Below, piece after piece: positions 54,953-64,000 of a DNA stretch of 64,000 nt. The DNA is from Nitrospirota bacterium. Lineage in GTDB: Bacteria > Nitrospirota > JACRHJ01. A program made the position numbers and the translations under genes. The stretch is from positions 64,001 to 128,000 of the forward strand of contig CAWJRJ010000011.1 in NCBI GenBank assembly GCA_963845245.1, in the 5' to 3' direction. Below the pieces are notes generated by a model. That model did not search any database and was not told where the DNA came from. It worked only from the letters and a program-made list of their open reading frames with translations. The first letter of the stretch is position 1. Each line of letters begins with the position of its first letter.

Positions 54953-55696
54953 ATGCAAACCTCAGCAAAACTCAGCCGATTTACCGTCCTTGTAGCCATC
55001 GCAACACTGGCTGTGGCCGTCTTGCTTTCCGCCTGCGGCAAGGCCGAGAAGAAGCCCCTTTCGTATTATGATTCCGAAGGCGAAAAGATGTACACTTCCG
55101 GAAACTACGAAGATGCGCGGAAGCTGATGACTGAGGCGATAGCAAACTACCCGCACGATGCGTCGGCGCACGTCATCCTGGGCAGGGTATATATAGAGCT
55201 GACCCAGAACGACAGGGCGCTGGCCGAGTTTAATTCTGCGATAGGCATAGACGCTAACATGGCTGCGGCATATGCCGGACGTGGTCTGGTGTTCAAAAAT
55301 ACCGGACGGCAGCAAGAGGCCCTAAGCGATTATGACCATGCCCTTTCGCTCGACCCGAACCTGGTCCTGGCACTGGTCGGCAAAGGCTCTATACTCAGGG
55401 AGATGGGCCGTTATGAAGAAGCCCTTGCTGCAGTGGACAAGGCATTGGGGCTTGAGCCTGACAACGCGGACCTATATTACAACAAGGGCAACATATACCT
55501 GTCGTCCGGCAAAGACGAGCAGGCGATCCCGCTGTACGACAAGGCGCTTGCACTGAAACCGGACAACTACCACGCTTACATAAACAAGGCGGCCGCGCTT
55601 GCACATTTGAAAAGAACTGACGAGGCGGCCGCATTATACAGGAAGGCACACGAACTGAACCCGAGCTTCGAGCCGCCCGACTGGGCAAAGAAGTAA
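54953..55696 (+). CDS. TPR-repeat lipoprotein
   Basis: Lipobox LSAC; about 6 TPR motifs. Confidence 0.88.
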   Translation: MQTSAKLSRFTVLVAIATLAVAVLLSACGKAEKKPLSYYDSEGEKMYTSGNYEDARKLMTEAIANYPHDASAHVILGRVYIELTQNDRALAEFNSAIGIDANMAAAYAGRGLVFKNTGRQQEALSDYDHALSLDPNLVLALVGKGSILREMGRYEEALAAVDKALGLEPDNADLYYNKGNIYLSSGKDEQAIPLYDKALALKPDNYHAYINKAAALAHLKRTDEAAALYRKAHELNPSFEPPDWAKK

Positions 55697-55706
55697 GCCT
55701 CAGGCC

Positions 55707-56156
55707 TCAGAAGTCCCCCGGCCTCTCTTTTGGCAGGGATGTCTCGTCAAACGGCAGGGCGCCAAGCTGAATCATTATGGACTCTACGCCGGATATCATC
55801 CAGGCAGGGTCATATTCATGGTCATAGACGGGTAATTCCTCGTTCACTGCCTCCTCGACCATTTCCTTAAACCGCAAGAACTCAAACCGGCCGTCGAGGA
55901 CGCCGGCTCTCACCAGGGCATCATGCAGCACCTGCTCGCTACCGATATCAATATTCTCAAACCTCTGGCGGTTCGCCGGGCTAAGCACATAGGCGCGCAT
56001 GGCGGAATAAAGCGCGTCGTATACCGTCTCGACACCGGAGCGCAGCTTCCCCTCCGAAAGCCGCCTCCTCCCGCTTCGCAGGTGGAGCCTCGCGCGGAAC
56101 AAGTCGGCCTCGTGTATCTCCATCTTAGACTCGTCTATATGGCCGAAATGCGGCAT
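55707..56156 (-). CDS. Hypothetical protein, weakly HEPN-like helical fold
   Basis: RARLHLRSGRRRLSEG...YDALYSAMRAY; start at MPHFGH chosen by eye. Confidence 0.55.
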   Translation of the reverse strand: MPHFGHIDESKMEIHEADLFRARLHLRSGRRRLSEGKLRSGVETVYDALYSAMRAYVLSPANRQRFENIDIGSEQVLHDALVRAGVLDGRFEFLRFKEMVEEAVNEELPVYDHEYDPAWMISGVESIMIQLGALPFDETSLPKERPGDF

Positions 56157-56274
56157 AACCCACCCCATGTACAAAATACTCTGATGATAACATAACTATA
56201 ATCTATTTGTGAATAAATGGAAATCAAGTAATGGAGAATGCGCCCGAGGAACCTTGGTGGACGGCCCACGCGGT

Positions 56275-57540
56275 TTAGTCAACCACTACCCGGCTCCTGC
56301 CCTCGTCCTTTGCACGGTATAGCGCCCTGTCCACTCTTTGCAATAGGGCTTCCGAACCCTCATCGGCTTCGCTGTATACGCTTACCCCGATGCTGGCCGA
56401 GACTGTGATCTCGTTTGTGCCGTCTCCTACCTTCTCCGCCCTTATCACATCCAGTATCCTGTCCGCAAGTGTCGCCCCGTCTTCAAGCGGGGTCCTAGGC
56501 GAGATGATCAGGAACTCCTCACCGCCATACCGTCCGAAGACGTCGTACGCCCTAAGCCGGGCCTTTATCCGCTGCGCTACAGTCTTCAGCACCACGTCCC
56601 CGAAGGGATGTCCGTAGGTATCGTTTATCTTCTTGAAATGGTCCAGGTCGAGCATTATGGCGGTCATGGGGCTGCCCGTACGCTTCGCCATCTGGAACTC
56701 CTCGGCCAGCCTCTCCATGATGAAGCGTCTGTTCCGTGCTCCGGTCAGCTCGTCCGTGATAGAGACCTCCCTAAGCCGCTCCTGCATTGCGTCTAGCTTC
56801 CGCACCATGCTCGACGACATGGTGATAAGAGTGCCCAGCAGTAACAATAGGGTGAAGGCCGAATAGAATATCACCCTTGTTCTGCTCTCCTTAAGCTGTC
56901 GGCTTATCTCGTCGAACGGGATCGAGATGCTGATCCCTCCTCTTATGTCGCCAAGCTTGTAGTCCTTGTGACAGTTTAGGCAGCCCTGCTGTATATAAAG
57001 AGGCTTTATCAACCTGAAGAACATTTTGTCGCCTCGCGCCTCTATCTTCCAGGCCTCCTTAGCTCCCTGCTCGAAGCTGACCATTGCGGCCCGCTCGAAC
57101 GGGTCCGGCGCATTTTCCGGGTTGATAAGCCTCAGGCTCGTGATGCGGAACGTAGTCCCCTCCTCTTTTAGAGTAAGTGCCGATATCTCTTTTGTCATCA
57201 GCGCCGGGTTACGCAGCGTAAGGACACGGCCGTCTTTCGCGGTTATATCCGGCTCGATCCCAAGCTTTTTCAGGTATGGGTTAGATTCCATCCCTGGCTT
57301 CTTCAGGATATACACTCCGGAATGCAGCGCGTTCCACTCCCTTGCCTTAAGTATGAGGTCGAAATATGAAGCCGCCTCACCCTTTAGGGTCTGGATAATC
57401 ATGTTTCGGTTGCTGTAATAGATGCCGATGAAGATTGTTACAATGGATACGGAGATAATGATGCCAAGCATTATGATGAAGAACCGGACTGGCTTGAAGT
57501 ACTTCAGGAGGCTGATCCAGAAAACCCGTTTTTCCGTCAT
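56275..57540 (-). CDS. Diguanylate cyclase with a periplasmic c-type heme sensor (DUF3365/Tll0287-like)
   Basis: TM, NPALMTKEIS, CLNCH, GDIRGGISISIP, TM; DLDHFKKINDTYGH, RAYD I-site, GGEEF. Confidence 0.9.
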   Translation of the reverse strand: MTEKRVFWISLLKYFKPVRFFIIMLGIIISVSIVTIFIGIYYSNRNMIIQTLKGEAASYFDLILKAREWNALHSGVYILKKPGMESNPYLKKLGIEPDITAKDGRVLTLRNPALMTKEISALTLKEEGTTFRITSLRLINPENAPDPFERAAMVSFEQGAKEAWKIEARGDKMFFRLIKPLYIQQGCLNCHKDYKLGDIRGGISISIPFDEISRQLKESRTRVIFYSAFTLLLLLGTLITMSSSMVRKLDAMQERLREVSITDELTGARNRRFIMERLAEEFQMAKRTGSPMTAIMLDLDHFKKINDTYGHPFGDVVLKTVAQRIKARLRAYDVFGRYGGEEFLIISPRTPLEDGATLADRILDVIRAEKVGDGTNEITVSASIGVSVYSEADEGSEALLQRVDRALYRAKDEGRSRVVVD

Positions 57541-57695
57541 ATGGACCTTTGGGTTAGGTTTACTTCTCCGCGTATCGCACAGGAATATTATGCCTATAAC
57601 GATACCATCGCGATATGCGCCCGTCAAAAAGCATTTTCTGATATGATTATATATATTGGTTAACCGGATAAGTATGCATTAATACATAAAGATAT

Positions 57696-58019
57696 ATGCA
57701 CATGAAAGAGCTCCTAAAATTCTTAGGCTGGATGTTCACGGTATTCTACCTTTATCAGGCAAGCCTGAACCTACCCGAATACTTCTCGCCAAAATCGGTC
57801 ATGCCTTGCGTCACCCGTATCCTGGACTCGTACATCGTCTGGTTTATCTTCCCGATGAGCTTCATAATGGCGGGCATAGTCGTTGCGGATATCCGGGACC
57901 TGCAAAAGGACTTTTATGCCGGGTCGTCAAGGCTTTATATCATAGCGAGGGTTGCCTTTGGCTGCGCAGCGATAACCGCATCATCCATTGCGGCAGTCCG
58001 CATCATATCTGCGTGTTGA
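57696..58019 (+). CDS. Hypothetical small membrane protein
   Basis: Three hydrophobic segments; 107 aa. Confidence 0.5.
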   Translation: MHMKELLKFLGWMFTVFYLYQASLNLPEYFSPKSVMPCVTRILDSYIVWFIFPMSFIMAGIVVADIRDLQKDFYAGSSRLYIIARVAFGCAAITASSIAAVRIISAC

Positions 58020-58039
58020 GCTTATTCCTCCTGCCGCCT

Positions 58040-58164
58040 CCTCATCCGCATTCCAGGGGGACGAGTGGCTCCCGTCATATATTTCTGAGCAGGTCACAGC
58101 TGGCGTGCACCGTGTTACGCCTAAGTCCGTGCTCTAACGGCGCGTCCCCCTGAAGCCGGCGAGG
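58040..58164 (-). ncRNA. Candidate rod-shaped structured RNA (unassigned)
   Basis: Nested complementary pairs cctc/gagg, cagggggacg/cgtccccctg, ccgtta/tgacgg, gagca/tgctc, ggcgt/acgcc in an intergenic gap. Confidence 0.4.
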
Positions 58165-58240
58165 TTTCCGTACCTCTTCAGATAACTCTTCTACTTAAAT
58201 AGACGCCAATCGGGGTCATCAGGTTACAGTTTTTGTTGAC

Positions 58241-58260
58241 AGCCTGTATTTAAACAGGCT
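58241..58260. promoter_or_regulatory. Inverted repeat upstream of msrA (operator-like)
   Basis: AGCCTGT-atttaa-ACAGGCT, flanked by TTGACA and TGCTATCAT promoter-like elements. Confidence 0.45.
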
Positions 58261-58311
58261 TTTATGCTATCATTAAATAAGAAGCATTATTAATTGTTGC
58301 AGGTGTTTACA

Positions 58312-58791
58312 ATGGAAAAGGCGACATTCGGAGCGGGGTGTTTCTGGCACGTCGAAGAGGCCTTCCGTCATTTATCCGGTGTGATATCCACCCAGGTGGG
58401 ATATTCCGGCGGTACGAAGGATAACCCGACCTACAGGGAGGTATGCACGGGGACCACGGGGCATGCGGAGTCGGTGGAACTGGTATACGACCCTTCAAAG
58501 ATCAGCTACGACAGGCTCCTCGAGGTCTTCTGGGATAATCATGACCCGACCACCCTGGACAGGCAGGGGCCGGATGTCGGCCACCAGTACCGCTCGGTCA
58601 TTTTTTACCACAACGAGGAACAACACAAAAAAGCGCTTGAATCGAAGGAGCGGCTGGAGAGGTCAGGCAGGAACAGGGGCCGGAAGGTCGTCACCGAGAT
58701 AGTGACGGCGGGGAAATTCTACAGGGCGGAGGAGTACCACCAGCAGTACTTCGAGAAACACGGGCTTACATCCTGCAAGGTAAGCCACTAA
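58312..58791 (+). CDS. msrA: Peptide-methionine (S)-S-oxide reductase
   Basis: [37 protein letters not shown]. Confidence 0.95.
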   Translation: MEKATFGAGCFWHVEEAFRHLSGVISTQVGYSGGTKDNPTYREVCTGTTGHAESVELVYDPSKISYDRLLEVFWDNHDPTTLDRQGPDVGHQYRSVIFYHNEEQHKKALESKERLERSGRNRGRKVVTEIVTAGKFYRAEEYHQQYFEKHGLTSCKVSH

Positions 58792-58832
58792 TGGCCGTTC
58801 AGCCATCTGAAGGTAATTCAGAACTTATTAAT

Positions 58833-59915
58833 TTATTTGGCGGGCGGCGTTGTGTGCCGTGCGGCAGTGTAGTTCTCCATCCTCGCCGCCTTCTCTTCTT
58901 TTGCCAGAACCTGATACTGGTGGACGGCCCTGTTATGAGCGGCCAGGTTGTTCGAGAAGATGTGCGTACCGTCGTTTTTGGATACAAAGTAAATATAGTC
59001 CACGTCTGCGGGGTTAAGCGCCGCGATAATGGACTGCGCGCCCGGGTTGCATATCGGGCCTGGGGGGAGTCCCCTGTATACATATGTGTTGTAAGGGTCC
59101 TTGAACCGCAGGTTCTCCCTGGTCAGGTCGCCGAAGTACCTGCTATGCCTCTGAAGGGCGTATATGACGCATGGGTCACACTGGAGCGGTATCCCCTGTT
59201 TGAGGCGGTTGTGGAAGACGGCCGATATCAGCAGCCTCTCCGAGTCCACAGCCGACTCCTTCTCGATTAGCGAGGCCATGGTAACCGCCTGGAGTTCGGT
59301 CATACCTATCGCGGCCGCGCGTGCCTTCAGGCTGTCATTGAACACCGCATGGTACTTGGAGACCATCTGTTTTATCATGCCGTCGATGGTTATGCCCTTG
59401 GGGAAGAAATAGGTAGCGGGAAAGAGGTAACCCTCAAGCGTAGTCCCATCGAGCCCGAGGGACCGCACATAGACAGGGTCTTTGACCTTGGCCATGAAAT
59501 CTTCACGGGTCACAACCCCTGATTTTGATATGGCGTCAGCCACCTTCTCTATGTCGAACCCCTCCGGCAGAACCACCTGGTACTCTATTATCTTTCCTCG
59601 CCTTAGTATCTCTATGATGTCGAGCGGCTTCATTCCCGTGTTGAAAGAGTAGAAACCTGCCCTTATCTTGCGGGTGACCCCTTTCAGCTTGCCGAGTATT
59701 ATGAACGTGGTCATATCGGTTACGAGGCCGTTTTTCTTCAGCTCGGCCGCGACGGTGCGGAAGCTTGAGCCCTCGGGGATGAGGAGCTCCTTGTATTCCT
59801 TTGTGCCTGAAGCGGGGTTCATAATGAATAGGGCCGTGTGGATACCGACAACAAGCAAAAGCGCGCCGGTTATGAAAAATATGAACCTGAGTGTGACGTG
59901 TCGTTTGACGTTCAT
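58833..59915 (-). CDS. mltG: Endolytic transglycosylase MltG (YceG)
   Basis: PEGF, LEGYLFPATY, ASLIEKE, PYNTYVYRGLPPGPICNPG. Confidence 0.93.
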   Translation of the reverse strand: MNVKRHVTLRFIFFITGALLLVVGIHTALFIMNPASGTKEYKELLIPEGSSFRTVAAELKKNGLVTDMTTFIILGKLKGVTRKIRAGFYSFNTGMKPLDIIEILRRGKIIEYQVVLPEGFDIEKVADAISKSGVVTREDFMAKVKDPVYVRSLGLDGTTLEGYLFPATYFFPKGITIDGMIKQMVSKYHAVFNDSLKARAAAIGMTELQAVTMASLIEKESAVDSERLLISAVFHNRLKQGIPLQCDPCVIYALQRHSRYFGDLTRENLRFKDPYNTYVYRGLPPGPICNPGAQSIIAALNPADVDYIYFVSKNDGTHIFSNNLAAHNRAVHQYQVLAKEEKAARMENYTAARHTTPPAK

Positions 59916-60841
59916 AGGGTGCTCAATATGTCGAAGTTGACTTCGATCTTGGTCCGGGTCTTCAACTCTTCATGCCATCTGGCGAAAAGTTCATCACCCT
60001 TTATCAGGGTCAACCGCTTTATCACCTCGGCTTCGGCTTCACGGTAATCAGGCTCCTGTGCCTTGACGACCTCCTCCACCTTGAATATATGGTAGCCGTA
60101 CGGAGTCTTCACTATATCGCTCATCTTTCCCGGCTTCATCCTGAACATGACCGCTTCAAACTGGGGCGGCATCTCGCCCTTGGAGAAATAGCCCAGGTCT
60201 CCGCCTTTTGCGCTGTCGGGCGAGAGTGAGCGCGCCTTTGCGACTGCGGCAAAGTTCGCGCCTTTTTTCAACTCTTCCATAATATGCCTTGCGTCTTCCG
60301 GCCTGTCAACCACAATCTGCCTGGCCCTTATCCGCATTGGCTTGCGGAACTCACGCCTGTTCTTATCAAAGTAGGCCTTTGCCTCCTCAGCGCCCACCTT
60401 TATTTTGGAATAAACCTGTGTGCTCAGGAGCTTCTCAACGAGTATACGCCTTTCCAGGTCCTCTTTGAACTCGTCGATACCTATGTCTTCCTGCTTGATT
60501 GACTTTTTGAAGTCTCCGTTGAACTCTGACTCCACCTTCGCAAACCTGGCGTCAAGTTCGGCGCCGGGGACCTCTATCCCAAGCTTCCGGGCCTCCTGCA
60601 CGTACATCTCTTCGTCGATAAGCTGAGAGAGGAGGTCAAGCTTCGCCTCCTCGCCGCCGGATACCCCACCGGACAGGTTTGAGAACCCGAGCTTTAAAAA
60701 GCGCAGTTTTTCCTTGAACCTGGACACACTGACAGGGGCCTGGTTCACCCGTGCAAGCACGGGGGACTCAGGCCCCTTTTCTTTGGCTGGAGCGCATCCT
60801 GCAAGCAGGATAAACGCTAGTATTGCAAACCTTGCCTTCAT
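59912..60841 (-). CDS. Parvulin-type PPIase lipoprotein with a SurA-N-like domain
   Basis: LAGC lipobox; GGDLGYF, KTPYGYHI. Confidence 0.88.
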   Translation of the reverse strand: MKARFAILAFILLAGCAPAKEKGPESPVLARVNQAPVSVSRFKEKLRFLKLGFSNLSGGVSGGEEAKLDLLSQLIDEEMYVQEARKLGIEVPGAELDARFAKVESEFNGDFKKSIKQEDIGIDEFKEDLERRILVEKLLSTQVYSKIKVGAEEAKAYFDKNRREFRKPMRIRARQIVVDRPEDARHIMEELKKGANFAAVAKARSLSPDSAKGGDLGYFSKGEMPPQFEAVMFRMKPGKMSDIVKTPYGYHIFKVEEVVKAQEPDYREAEAEVIKRLTLIKGDELFARWHEELKTRTKIEVNFDILSTL

Positions 60842-60867
60842 TGGAAGGTATATCTGGGAACTCCCAC

Positions 60868-61797
60868 TTATTTCGCCTGGGGCATCATGGCTGCCGGTGC
60901 CTCCGCCGAGGCGGAGAGGTCGATCTTTTTGAGGTTCTCGGTGTTGATGTTCACCTTTGCCTGTGCCTTGAGGTCCTTGACGATCGCCTCAAAGGCATCT
61001 TCCTTCTTCTTTTCGGCAACCTGAGCCTTGAGGGCATCCTTCATGGCGGCGAAGTCCGCGTCCGTGGCCGGCTTCTTCTCCGTGACCTTCATGATATGGT
61101 AACCGAACTGGCTTTGGACTATCCCGCTTGTCTCGCCCGGTTTCAGCTTGAAGGCAGCATCCTTGAGGCCGGCCGAGCCGAACTGCTCCCACTTTACCCA
61201 ACCGAGGTCTCCGCCGTTGTTCTTGGTCTTGGTGTCAAGAGAATACTGTTTAGCAAGGGCCTTGAAGTCGCCGCCGGCCTTGAGCTTGGCCAATATATCC
61301 TCTGCTTCCTTCTGTGAGGCGACCAGTATGTGGCTTATACGCACAGACCCCATGTCGGCCTTGTTCTTGTCAAAGTAGTCCTTTACGTCCTTGTCGGTGA
61401 CATTCGCCTTGTCCAGGACCTCTTTTTTAACGAAATAGCCGAGGAGCAGCGAGCTCTTTATCTGGTCCAGCCTTTTGGCTACTTCGGGTTCCTTCTCCAT
61501 GCCGAGGCTTTCCGCCTTCTGGACTATAAGGGCCTTGTCCACCAGGTTGTCCAGGAACTTTTGCCTGTTCTTCTCATCCACAAGGGACTTCACAGCCATC
61601 GGAGATAGACTTGCAGCCTCCGCCTTGAAATCCTCGGCAGTTATGTTTTTGCCGTTGACAACCGCGAGCACGGTGGATGTATCCGCCTTTGCGGCCTCGC
61701 CCGCTTTGCCTTCCTGGCCAGCCTTCTGTCCGCAGCCGGCAAAAAGGGCCGCTGCCATCGCTATTACAACTACCGTTTTCAGTCCCCTGGTAAACAT
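60868..61797 (-). CDS. Parvulin-type PPIase lipoprotein (PrsA-like)
   Basis: FAGC lipobox; SHILV, GGDLG, SQFGYHIMKV. Confidence 0.9.
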   Translation of the reverse strand: MFTRGLKTVVVIAMAAALFAGCGQKAGQEGKAGEAAKADTSTVLAVVNGKNITAEDFKAEAASLSPMAVKSLVDEKNRQKFLDNLVDKALIVQKAESLGMEKEPEVAKRLDQIKSSLLLGYFVKKEVLDKANVTDKDVKDYFDKNKADMGSVRISHILVASQKEAEDILAKLKAGGDFKALAKQYSLDTKTKNNGGDLGWVKWEQFGSAGLKDAAFKLKPGETSGIVQSQFGYHIMKVTEKKPATDADFAAMKDALKAQVAEKKKEDAFEAIVKDLKAQAKVNINTENLKKIDLSASAEAPAAMMPQAK

Positions 61798-61828
61798 AAT
61801 CTGCTGGTTTCTCCCCTGGTCAAGATTG

Positions 61829-62785
61829 TTATTTTTTATCCTCGGAAGGTTTTTCCGCTTTTTCGACTTTTGCGGCATCTTCCTTGGGCTGCTCTTTTCC
61901 CTTGAAAAGCTCCTCGTTGACCTTGATGTCGGCCTTCGCCTTGAGGGAAGCCATCAGATCGTCGTAGGCCTTCTTCTGTTTCTCCTGCAGTAGCTTCTGC
62001 TCTATCTCGCCCTTCACCTCGTCAAATTCCTTTGTCTTTGCAGCCTTTGTGCCAGTAACCTTTATGATATGCCAGCCGAACTGCGTCTTCACCGGGGCTG
62101 ATATCTCGCCCACCTTAAGGGCAAAGGCAACCTTCTCGAACTCCGGCACCATCCTGCCCTTGCCGAAAGAACCGAGGTCTCCGCCGCGTGGCGCGCTCGG
62201 ACATTTTGACTTCTCCTTGGCAAGCGTGGCAAAGTCTGCGCCCTTGTCGAGCTGTTCCTTTATCTTCTTTGCCTCTTCCTCGGTGTCCACCAGGATGTGG
62301 CTCGCCTGCACCTCTTCCGAGGAGACGTACTTTGCCTTGTCCTTCTCATAAGCGGCCTTCACCTCGTCCGGAGTAACCTTTACACTATCTATGACGGCCT
62401 TCCTCATGAGTGACACGTACAGCTGCTGCTTCCTGAGCATCTCCATGTTCAGCTTGAACTCGTCCGTATCGGCCAAGCCCTGCTTCTCGGCCTCCTGGGC
62501 GACGATCTCGACGTCGATAAGCTTGTCGAGCACGCTTCGCCTGGCTGCGGGTTCTGTCGTCGGGGTACCGGCAGGGGCCTGCTGCATAACCTTGTCAAGC
62601 AGGTCGGCAGTGATTTTTTTGCCGTTGACCGAGGCGACAATGTCCGGGCTCATCGGCTGAAGTGAAACCGGCTTTGCCTGGGAGATGTCCACGGCCTGGG
62701 GCGCGGGGCCGGCTGATGCCGCGGGACCGGCCGATAATGCAATTAACCCGGCAGCCATTACCGATATAAACGGTGAAATCCTCAT
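61829..62785 (-). CDS. Parvulin-type PPIase (PpiC/PrsA-like), exported
   Basis: ASHILV, SKCPS, GGDLG, MVPEFE, KTQFGWHII. Confidence 0.9.
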   Translation of the reverse strand: MRISPFISVMAAGLIALSAGPAASAGPAPQAVDISQAKPVSLQPMSPDIVASVNGKKITADLLDKVMQQAPAGTPTTEPAARRSVLDKLIDVEIVAQEAEKQGLADTDEFKLNMEMLRKQQLYVSLMRKAVIDSVKVTPDEVKAAYEKDKAKYVSSEEVQASHILVDTEEEAKKIKEQLDKGADFATLAKEKSKCPSAPRGGDLGSFGKGRMVPEFEKVAFALKVGEISAPVKTQFGWHIIKVTGTKAAKTKEFDEVKGEIEQKLLQEKQKKAYDDLMASLKAKADIKVNEELFKGKEQPKEDAAKVEKAEKPSEDKK

Positions 62786-62870
62786 CTGCGTACCTCTCTT
62801 TACGTTATTTTGTGTATAAAAGGCAAGGTCCCGCACAGGGGCTCCGGCCAAGCAATAACGCTATAATATA

Positions 62871-64000
62871 TCACAGCCCCGCCAATTCTTTCAAGCTGTT
62901 TTTTATTTCAGCGTAAAGGGTTTCCCAGCCTCCGGAAGGTTTTTTAATGAACAGCGAATATTGCGGGACATATCTGGCCGACCCTCTCCTTTTGCCCATG
63001 AAACGGACCAGCCTGTCCGGGTCTATGTCCACCTTATCAGTAAAGGTAATTTTTATCTCGGACGGCATAAGCTGTATACCCCCCACCTTGAGTATTTTTG
63101 CCAGCACCTTGAGTTCCATAACCTCTATGAGCCTGCCTGCCTCAAGCGGAGGGGGTCCGTATCTGTCCCTGAGTTCGCCTCTTATCACATCCAGTTCGTC
63201 GCTGCTGCGCGCCCCGGAAAGCCGTTTGTAGATGCTTAACCTCTCGGAAGTTTCGGCTATGTAGGAGTCTGGTATGAACGCCGACACCTTGAGGTCTAAT
63301 GCCGGGTCCACCACCTCTTCCACCAACTCACCCTTCAACTCCTTGACCGCGTCCTCGAGAAGCCGGGTATAAAGCTCGAACCCGATGGCCGAGATCTGGC
63401 CGGACTGTTCCGCACCCAGTATGTTCCCCGCACCCCGTATCTCCAGGTCGTGTAGCGCGAGCTTGAAACCAGCCCCTAGCTCGGTAAGCTCGGTAAGCAC
63501 CCGGAGCCTCTTCTGTGCGGTCAAGGTCAAGGTGTCCTCGCCCGGCACGAGCAGGTATGCGTAGCCCCTGTCGCTGGCGCGGCCAACCCTGCCTCTTAGC
63601 TGATACAGGTCGGCCAGGCCGAAACGGTCGGCCCTGTCGATGATGATGGTGTTGGCGGTGGGGATGTCCAAGCCTGATTCAATGATGGAGGTCGCGAGCA
63701 GAATGTCGTACTCGCCTGAAATGAACTTCCGCATCACGTCTTCCAGCATGTCCTCGTGCATACGGCCGTGCGCAACGCCTATCCTGGCATCGGGGAGTAT
63801 AGACTTCAGGATGCCCCCTATCGCGAATATGCTGTCTATCCTGTTGTGCACGAAGAAGACCTGGCCGCCTCGCATCAGCTCGCGCGTTATCGCCTCGCGT
63901 ATCACCGCTTTGTCGAACCTCGCGACTACCGTCTTTATAGGCTGGCGGTCGGGGGGCGCGGTCTCGATTATGGAGAGGTCGCGTATGCCTGATATGGACA
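62871..64000 (-). CDS. mfd: Transcription-repair coupling factor Mfd (C-terminal part; start outside window)
   Basis: RGGQVFFVHNR, IIESGLDIP, LYQLRGRVGR, HDLEIRGAGNILG, TRCF domain. Confidence 0.96.
   Translation of the reverse strand, partial: SISGIRDLSIIETAPPDRQPIKTVVARFDKAVIREAITRELMRGGQVFFVHNRIDSIFAIGGILKSILPDARIGVAHGRMHEDMLEDVMRKFISGEYDILLATSIIESGLDIPTANTIIIDRADRFGLADLYQLRGRVGRASDRGYAYLLVPGEDTLTLTAQKRLRVLTELTELGAGFKLALHDLEIRGAGNILGAEQSGQISAIGFELYTRLLEDAVKELKGELVEEVVDPALDLKVSAFIPDSYIAETSERLSIYKRLSGARSSDELDVIRGELRDRYGPPPLEAGRLIEVMELKVLAKILKVGGIQLMPSEIKITFTDKVDIDPDRLVRFMGKRRGSARYVPQYSLFIKKPSGGWETLYAEIKNSLKELAGL

Noticed and set aside
55707..56156. HEPN toxin of an MNT-HEPN system
   Set aside because: There is no adjacent nucleotidyltransferase and no clear RxxxxH motif.
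58066..58074. tggctcccg as another tRNA-Asn junction core
   Set aside because: It has no associated type-A or type-B hairpin and no tail, and it lies on the other side of the tRNA; probably chance.
59912..62785. Three tandem parvulins as a novel system
   Set aside because: PPIase/SurA-like genes downstream of mfd are a familiar core-genome arrangement.

Overview
Bacterial chromosome window from a diderm organism (TolC-type outer-membrane factor, lipoproteins, periplasmic parvulins); I cannot assign taxonomy reliably. The right end is core genome: mfd, three parvulin PPIases, mltG, msrA, aconitase and a DEAD-box helicase. The left ~37 kb is an accessory region directly downstream of a minus-strand tRNA-Asn(GTT) at 37176-37251. 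The main finding is that this region is divided by up to six related junctions (~36275, 33443, 23201, 20315, 13755, possibly 4071). Each has a terminator-like hairpin, and most add a copy of the tRNA 3' end. The three best copies also carry an ATG-less 35-39-codon tail (WLPxxDxxRTLLLDPTGEILSTFAAA-like) that varies mainly at synonymous positions. The junctions decay with distance from the tRNA and bracket cargo blocks: a TPR lipoprotein, katG, cyclic beta-1,2-glucan synthase plus marC, DUF1579 plus a kinase, TetR plus an RND pump, and kinases plus GT2/PMT. No integrase is present in the window. I interpret this (inference) as a polarized, tRNA-anchored array of integrase-less cassettes. Other points of interest: an AT-rich insert with an HD dNTPase-like/YwgA-like pair and a Zn-phospholipase-C-like/exported-protein pair; a family of orphan histidine kinases with near-identical transmitter domains; two substrate-binding-protein/sensor pairs; three paralogous secreted two-Cys proteins; and a candidate rod-shaped ncRNA. 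Many genes, including aconitase, carry small frameshifts, most likely consensus indel errors.
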